Positions 56,831 to 64,000 of a stretch of 64,000 bases of DNA are shown here, piece by piece. A model generated the notes under the pieces. The model saw nothing but the letters and a program-made list of their open reading frames with translations. It searched no databases and was not told the DNA's origin. A program made the translations under genes and the position numbers. This stretch comes from Octopus vulgaris (taxonomy: Eukaryota): the NCBI GenBank assembly GCA_951406725.2, contig OX597832.1, positions 20,398,001-20,462,000 on the forward strand, written 5' to 3'. Position 1 is the first letter of the stretch. Every line of letters begins with the position of its first letter.

Positions 56831-57416
56831 AGCGTGATGAACATTAATTTTCATTTAAATCTTCTCTAAATAATATACTTCTGCTCAGCTTCTACATGGT
56901 AAATTTAGACCGTTAAGCAACAATCGAAAAACCCTTGGAACCAGATAACAATATTTCAAAAAAAGGCGCCATGTTAGATCATATAATCCGTCATAGATAA
57001 TCTAATCTTAAGAAGAAAAAGAAGAGGAGCGCCGTGTAACGCATGACTTGATTCTTATTACGATACGCTTATTCAATCAGGGCCAAACTGGAACGCAACA
57101 ACAAAAGTAAAAATAACTATATCAAAAATATCAACAACGTCAACGGTAACAATAACGACAGCAACACCAACTACAATAACAACAGCCTCAGAAATAGCCA
57201 TTAGTGGTTTGATTAATAAATGTATCAGAAATATTCTGATTAAGAAATGGATTCGCCTGTGATTAAGAAATAGATTTCATATATTGGAAGAAAGCAAAGT
57301 TGACCTTCGCTTGTGGGAAAAACATAAAGGAACGTATCAGACATGCGAGATAAAACCCTCTTGCAATATGATAAATTAAGATTAAGGAGCAGTAAGAAAG
57401 GGCCTATGAGGAGGAC

Positions 57417-57529
57417 TTGTTAATGTTGTGGCTGCATTTGTTGCTGTCGATGTTGTTGTTGCTGTTGCTGCTGCAGCTGTTGTTGCTGTTGTTGTTGTTA
57501 TTCTTCTTCTTCTTCTTCTTCTTATTCTT

Positions 57530-57618
<89 letters not shown>

Positions 57619-57668
57619 CATTGATATTAGTAGTAGTAGTAGCAGCAGCAGTAGCAGCAGCAGCAGCG

Positions 57669-57738
<70 letters not shown>

Positions 57739-57760
57739 CAGTAGTAGTAGTAGTAGTAGT
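57417..57760. repeat. (TTG)n-(CTT)n-(TAT)n-(AGT)n compound array
   Basis: Direct reading. Confidence 0.96.
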
Positions 57761-57905
57761 ATTGTAGGGAGATAGAGGAATTCTTGATTGTAGACAAAGG
57801 CGGATATGAAAGTGGAAGATTGAAAGAGATATTTACTGAGATATCACTATTCAAATAAATAAATATAGAAACACCCGCATACACACACACAAACACATAT
57901 ATATA

Positions 57906-57964
<59 letters not shown>

Positions 57965-58149
57965 ACATACACATGCATATATATATATATATATATATAT
58001 ATTGTAAGCACACACAAATATTTTTCATATTCATGTGCGCGTCTATATGAATGTCTATATGTGCTTGTTTGTGTGTTTGTGTATGTGTGCGTGAGGCTAC
58101 TATTACATACGATTAAATGTATATTCGGACGTATATGTAGAGATGTAGA

Positions 58150-58191
<42 letters not shown>

Positions 58192-58435
58192 CAATAACAC
58201 ATTCACACACACAAACACATACACAGGCACACACAATCTAAGATATTGAAACATAGAACAGAAAGAAAATACGATTTAAATATATGTATGTGTTACATCG
58301 TTTTATATATTTACATTGTTATACATGTACGCATAATTTTACGCAGGTACGGGCAAATGTATGCCTGTATTAATTATGTATATATCTATATATAAGTGTG
58401 TGTGTCTGTGCGCGTGAGTAATATAACACAATATA

Positions 58436-58474
<39 letters not shown>

Positions 58475-58507
58475 AAAAGTACATGCTTATGTATATTACA
58501 ATATTAC

Positions 58508-58538
<31 letters not shown>

Positions 58539-58584
58539 TATACATATATATACATATATATATTATATTATATTACATATATAA

Positions 58585-58633
<49 letters not shown>

Positions 58634-58886
58634 GGGAGAGAGAAAGAGGAACCAGGCTTTAAAAAGAGTAAGTTTTGGGTCGATTGTTTGTTTAAAGAAG
58701 TCGGTGCTCCAACATGGCCGTGGTCATGAACTTCAAGATAATGGATATTCAGAATGATTTACCACAGTTTAATTCAAGTAAATCTTAATTATATAGATAT
58801 CGAGAAACGGAGAGATAAAGAGAGATAAAGAGAAAGAGAGAGAAAAAGATAGATATATAGATAGATAGATAGATAGATAGATAGAC

Positions 58887-58948
<62 letters not shown>

Positions 58949-59041
58949 TTACACAGATTACATTAGACATATGTCATTTATAGATAATACATACTATATG
59001 AAAAAACAAGACAGAAAATGGAAGGCACAAGTCTTTATAAA

Positions 59042-59076
59042 GAATCATTACGATCGTTTCGACTCATCATGCACTC
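59042..59076 (-). ncRNA. Degenerate minimal hammerhead-like motif
   Basis: Minus: GAGTGC-ATGATGA-GTC-GAAAC-GATC-GTA-ATGATTC; palindromic stem III loop; C3 is missing. Confidence 0.35.
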
Positions 59077-59614
59077 ATAATTTACAGATGAGATGCTGCA
59101 CAATCGGCTGTCATGCATTATAGGTGAAGGTGTTTTCCTCGGGTGATATTTTGAAAAAGTTCCTAGTTTTTTACTCAGCGTTTCCCTTAATCTGTAGCAA
59201 TACTGTTTTTGGAAAGTCGCCTGAGGAGACGTTCCTACACCTACAAAGCATGACGATTGACTATGCAACATATCACCACGTATTGTTCACATTGTGTAGC
59301 CGAACACTGTGGGTGGGCTTTAAACTGCCTACTACAAAATATCTATGTATAATATATATTATATGTATCTTGCATATATACACATATACATATATATATA
59401 ATATATAATATGATATAACATAAAATAATATAAATATACGTATATGTACGGAAGTATATACGTATGTATATATGTATATATACATATGTGTGTATATATA
59501 CACATATGTGTGTGTGTGTGTTATGCATATTTTATACATATGAATATAATCTATATCATATTCATGTGTGTATATGTGTGTATGTGTATAAGGACACATA
59601 GAAGACAGAGAGAA

Positions 59615-59656
<42 letters not shown>

Positions 59657-60492
59657 TTAACGAGATAAAAGGATGGACGGCCGGTGAGAAAATCGGTCGC
59701 TCAGTCGAACTGAATATTGTGTGTGTGTACACATACATATGTGCATACATACACACACATATTTATATGCATTTATACACACACAAACACACACACACGT
59801 GGACATGCATACACATCCCTTTACATATATATATTTATGCAAGCACATACATGTAAATATACATAGTGAGAGGGAGCGTGACAGGTACGAAGGAAGGCAC
59901 AGAAAGAGAGAGAGGAGTGAGAGAGGGTGACAGCGAGATTGAGAGAGAGGATAAGAGAGAGGGAGAGTGTGTGTGTGAGGGAGACAGGGAAAGAGAAAGA
60001 GAGAGAAAACTAAGAATATTAAAATCGATCAATACCCATTTATTGGACTCGCGAAATGTTAGCGAAATATCATTTCTACTTGAGATGTACGTTTCTAAGA
60101 CATGTCTGCTATTGGATATATGTTATTTGATATAAAGCATCAAAGCAGAACGCTGGTAATATAGAAGATGTCTTCAGACATCCTTTATCATATTATGGTA
60201 ACCTCTTGCGGAATTAAGATGGCGGTTTGATGGTTATCATTACAAACCTTGAAAGAAATTGTTACAGAAAGGAAATAAAATCAGGTGAACGAAAATGATT
60301 TACAGGCGAGTAAAAACACTGGTACATATTTACTCGCAGTATTGATTTCGCTGAAATAAAAGGACGACTTAAAATTTTGTGGAGGATGTAAATATGATGT
60401 AGTGATCTTCATGCTTTATGGAACTTCAGTTAATGAGGCCCGGCTGCGTGCTTATGAGGTTTGTTGCAGGATGCATTAAGCTAATTCTGGCT

Positions 60493-60528
<36 letters not shown>

Positions 60529-60531
60529 TCA

Positions 60532-61060
60532 TTTATCTTCATTTCACTAAATTTATCTAGCTTCTGTGTTTCTAGCACATATTTCGCCTAAATGTACTGA
60601 TATATGAAAAATATATGGCTTGTGCTAGAAATACCAGCGATAATAATTTCTTTTATCGCAATTTGACTTGTTTACATATTTCTCGATAAATTTTGAGCGT
60701 TAGACAATATACCAGAAATCCCTAGTTTTGTCGGGACGTTCTGAGTCTGCGTAGTGATCTGATTAGTTAGAGAGAGCAAATCATTAGAAGCACATGCTTC
60801 TAGTGAGTTAGGATCTCAGAACAACAGGGCTCTTACCGATGAATTCTCCCTGAGCAAATAAATTATCTTTATTGATGAAGAGAACGAAACTGCAGTCTAA
60901 GAGGAACCGAGTTAGTAAATGTTTTTATCTTCATTTCACTAAATTTATCTAGCTTCTGTGTTTCTAGCACACATTTCGCCTAAATGTACTGATATATGAA
61001 AAATATATGGCTTGTGCTAGAAATATCAGCGATAATAATTTATTTTATCGCAATTTGACT

Positions 61061-61061
<1 letters not shown>
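60532..61061 (+). mobile_element. Penelope/retrozyme-like element: 138-bp direct repeats (392-bp period) around a minimal hammerhead, between (TA)n tracts
   Basis: R1 60532-60669 and R2 60924-61061 differ by only a few substitutions. Confidence 0.75.
60866..60903 (+). ncRNA. Minimal type I hammerhead, degenerate
   Basis: TTTA-TTGATGA-AGAGAAC-GAAAC-TGCA-GTC-TAAG; palindromic TGCA loop III; C3 changed to T; no stable stem II. Confidence 0.55.
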
Positions 61062-61096
<35 letters not shown>

Positions 61097-61252
61097 GTAT
61101 ATATGTGCCGAGCCAGATATATGTATACGTATATATATACAAAACTGTCGAATGAACGGGAACGTGAAACTCCGAGTAACAGCTTTTGTTAAATTTCGGC
61201 TGCTTTTAAATAAAGTATATATATATATATATACGCATATATGTTCTGAACC

Positions 61253-61337
<85 letters not shown>

Positions 61338-61509
61338 TAGATATATACACATATATACACATATCTCTGTGTGTGTGCATGTCTAAGCATGTCTGCATGT
61401 AAGTAAGAATTATATATATCGGCAGTAAATATATATATGTATTTCGTCATTAAATCATATATACATATATGTGTGTGTACATATACCTATCGATTTACCT
61501 AGCATTATA

Positions 61510-61546
<37 letters not shown>

Positions 61547-62850
61547 ATGTGCGTCTCTGTGTGTGTGTGTGTGTGTGTTTGTGTGTCTATATATTAGTGT
61601 ATGTATATAACGTGAATATATACATAAATATATATTCCTGTTTCATTCAATTCACTTTCGGAAATAAAAGTTTTACAAAGAAGATCGTCTCCCTTGCGAT
61701 GCGATGTCAATGGAATGGACACCTATTACATATCAATCTTACAATACTACAAAGGATTTTAAACGAACGAGGGTGAATCTTTGCTTTGTATTTTGTTCGT
61801 CATCAGAGTACAAAGTTGAATGAGCACATCGGAGAATATTTTCAATCAATCACTGGGAATGTCTGTAATTAAACATCTCCGAATACCGAAAAACCACAAA
61901 ACTTCAAATGACCTAAGATATAGCTAAATACATTAAGATAAATATAGTCTGACTATTATCTCACTCGTCATGTACATTGTTCTAGTCATCCACAGGTTTT
62001 TGGTAAGAACATTGACAAAATGCCTATAAGATTAGAAAGGGACACGCTGTCGGAACAGCAAATATGTGTGCCTATATTCGTCGTCCTGCCACTCTGCGCT
62101 CCAGGTGCACAACCCACAGAAAATAAACATACCTTTTTTTGTTATTTAGGGTTCAATAAATAAAAGACTTGTCCTTATTTAGGGCTCAATAAATAAGATA
62201 CTTGTGTCAATAAATCTGTCACTGTCTCTGTTCAAGGTATAATTGGCTGTTGTCAGACCTAGTAACGTATGGGCACTGCAGATATTAAAAGTACTCAAGA
62301 CGGGTGCCTCTACGACACCGATAAGTAGCTGAGCTTTCATGGACTGTGAAGGCGGACCCTCGTACCAAAAACGCATCACAAATCACACTCGACAATATTA
62401 CACAACTTACGAAATACATAACCAAGAGATTCATCACCACTCGTTTGTTATTAAACGCATAAGAAATTTCACATATTATTATAATATATCACACAGGTCA
62501 CATAAGATATACACATGCCAACCGATAAAACACACACAAGCAAACATCAGTATCTTTCACAACATGCCTAGTGATATCAACGATCATGAGCCGATATACC
62601 AAAATCTGAATATTCGTGTTTCTTCTTGTGAAATAGATAACAATGATTTTCCCATGGCCTTTTAATGGTTTATCTGCTGTTTACTTTACCAGTCTTAAAT
62701 TCCCTGGGCTTACTCATGTGACGATAGAACGATAAGTCTTATCGAAGCCTTACGCAGCAAAACTAGTTTACGAGAAACTTGGATGTACACACATAGTGTT
62801 AGTTCTTCGTTACACATGTCGAGAGGCCGCTCATTCTCTGAGTATTGTCC

Positions 62851-63103
62851 ATCTTAGCCATACAAACATCTTCTGCTCTTTCAAATAGAATGGATCCCTC
62901 AGAGAGGTACTAGTGCATGGAGTCAACCCAACGAACTTGAAAACAGTGATAATACTTAACTCATACGAATCTACAAATCATACAAATCTTAGCCATGTAA
63001 ACACCTTCTGCTCTTTCAAATAGAATGGATCTCTTAGGGTTGTACTAGTACGTGGAGTCAACCCAACGAACTTGGAAATAGTGGTAACACTTCACTCATG
63101 CAA
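62851..63103 (+). repeat. 135-bp tandem duplication
   Basis: ATCTTAGCCAT...CTTCTGCTCTTTCAAATAGAATGGATC...GGAGTCAACCCAACGAACTTG starts at 62851 and 62986. Confidence 0.92.
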
Positions 63104-63382
63104 AAGTTCAACTCCGAAGCTGGAGCTTCGTCATCGAATTCAATCACGTTTTATCCGGTACGAATATAATACATACGAAAAACAAATATTAGCCAATATG
63201 TCAAAGACATCTTACATTGCAAGGCTTTATTGTAACGTTTCAACACTTTCTTCCTATGGGAGCTAAGAAGTATCAGAAAATTTAGAACAAAGCGGGACTG
63301 ATGAAGCAAAACAAAACCACAATGCTTCACACACAACACGAACACAGATTGGTAACTGATGGGGGATGGAACTGAAACTAGT

Positions 63383-63391
63383 AACAATAAC

Positions 63392-63467
<76 letters not shown>

Positions 63468-63551
63468 GTAACGGCATTTATGGTGAAGGTTGGCTGTCGA
63501 TGACGATGATGAAGACAAGAATTATTATTATTATTATTATTATCATCATCA

Positions 63552-63622
<71 letters not shown>

Positions 63623-64000
63623 TTGGTAATGTTGATGATGATGATGTCGAAAATGACGATATTGATGATGATAATGATATTGATAGTGATGATGATGAGG
63701 TTGATAATAACGATGTCGATGATGATGACGACGACGATGATGGTGATGTTGAAGATGGTGAAGGTGACGATGGCAATGTCGATGATGATGAAGATGATAA
63801 TGATAAAGATCATGATCTTGATGATGATGATGACGACGATAACAATAATGATGATAAATGATGATGAAGATGATGATGATGATGTAAACAATGACGATGA
63901 TGATGGTGATGACGATGACATGATGATGATTACGATGACGATGACGATAGTGATGAGGATGATGGCGATGATGATGATGATGATGACGACGACGACGACA
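63383..64000. repeat. (AAT)n, (TAT)n and degenerate (GAT)n arrays
   Basis: Direct reading. Confidence 0.96.

Noticed and set aside
62179-62379. Minus ORF containing TLNRDSD, like a Penelope GIY-YIG C-terminus
   Set aside because: Single short motif; no other GIY-YIG or RT residues recognisable.

Overview
AT-rich eukaryotic non-coding DNA saturated with microsatellites ((TA)n, (TG)n, (GATA)n, (TACA)n, (TAA)n, (ATC)n, (AGT)n, (GAA)n). The repeat content (three tRNA-derived SINE families, very high microsatellite density) looks like an octopus/coleoid cephalopod genome; this is an inference from remembered repeat families, not a search result. Almost all ORF-track entries are microsatellite translations and no intact protein-coding gene is visible. 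Supported content: about 30 SINE copies or fragments; 3' fragments of RLE-type LINEs (Dong/R4-like at 19.9-20.3 kb, HERO-like at 45.4-45.8 kb) and a decayed RTE-like piece; several Penelope/retrozyme-like elements beside (TA)n tracts carrying type I hammerhead ribozymes (best at 30244-30317 + and 36648-36691 -), three of them built as ~1.2-1.35 tandem monomers; and a few candidate small exons of a long minus-strand transcript (best 28703-28748). Most unusual observations: (1) the HERO-like 3' UTR holds all three hammerhead catalytic strands with paired stems but in a non-canonical, pseudoknotted order; (2) one SINE family forms 184-bp head-less multimers at one invariant junction, apparently by inserting into its own older copies.
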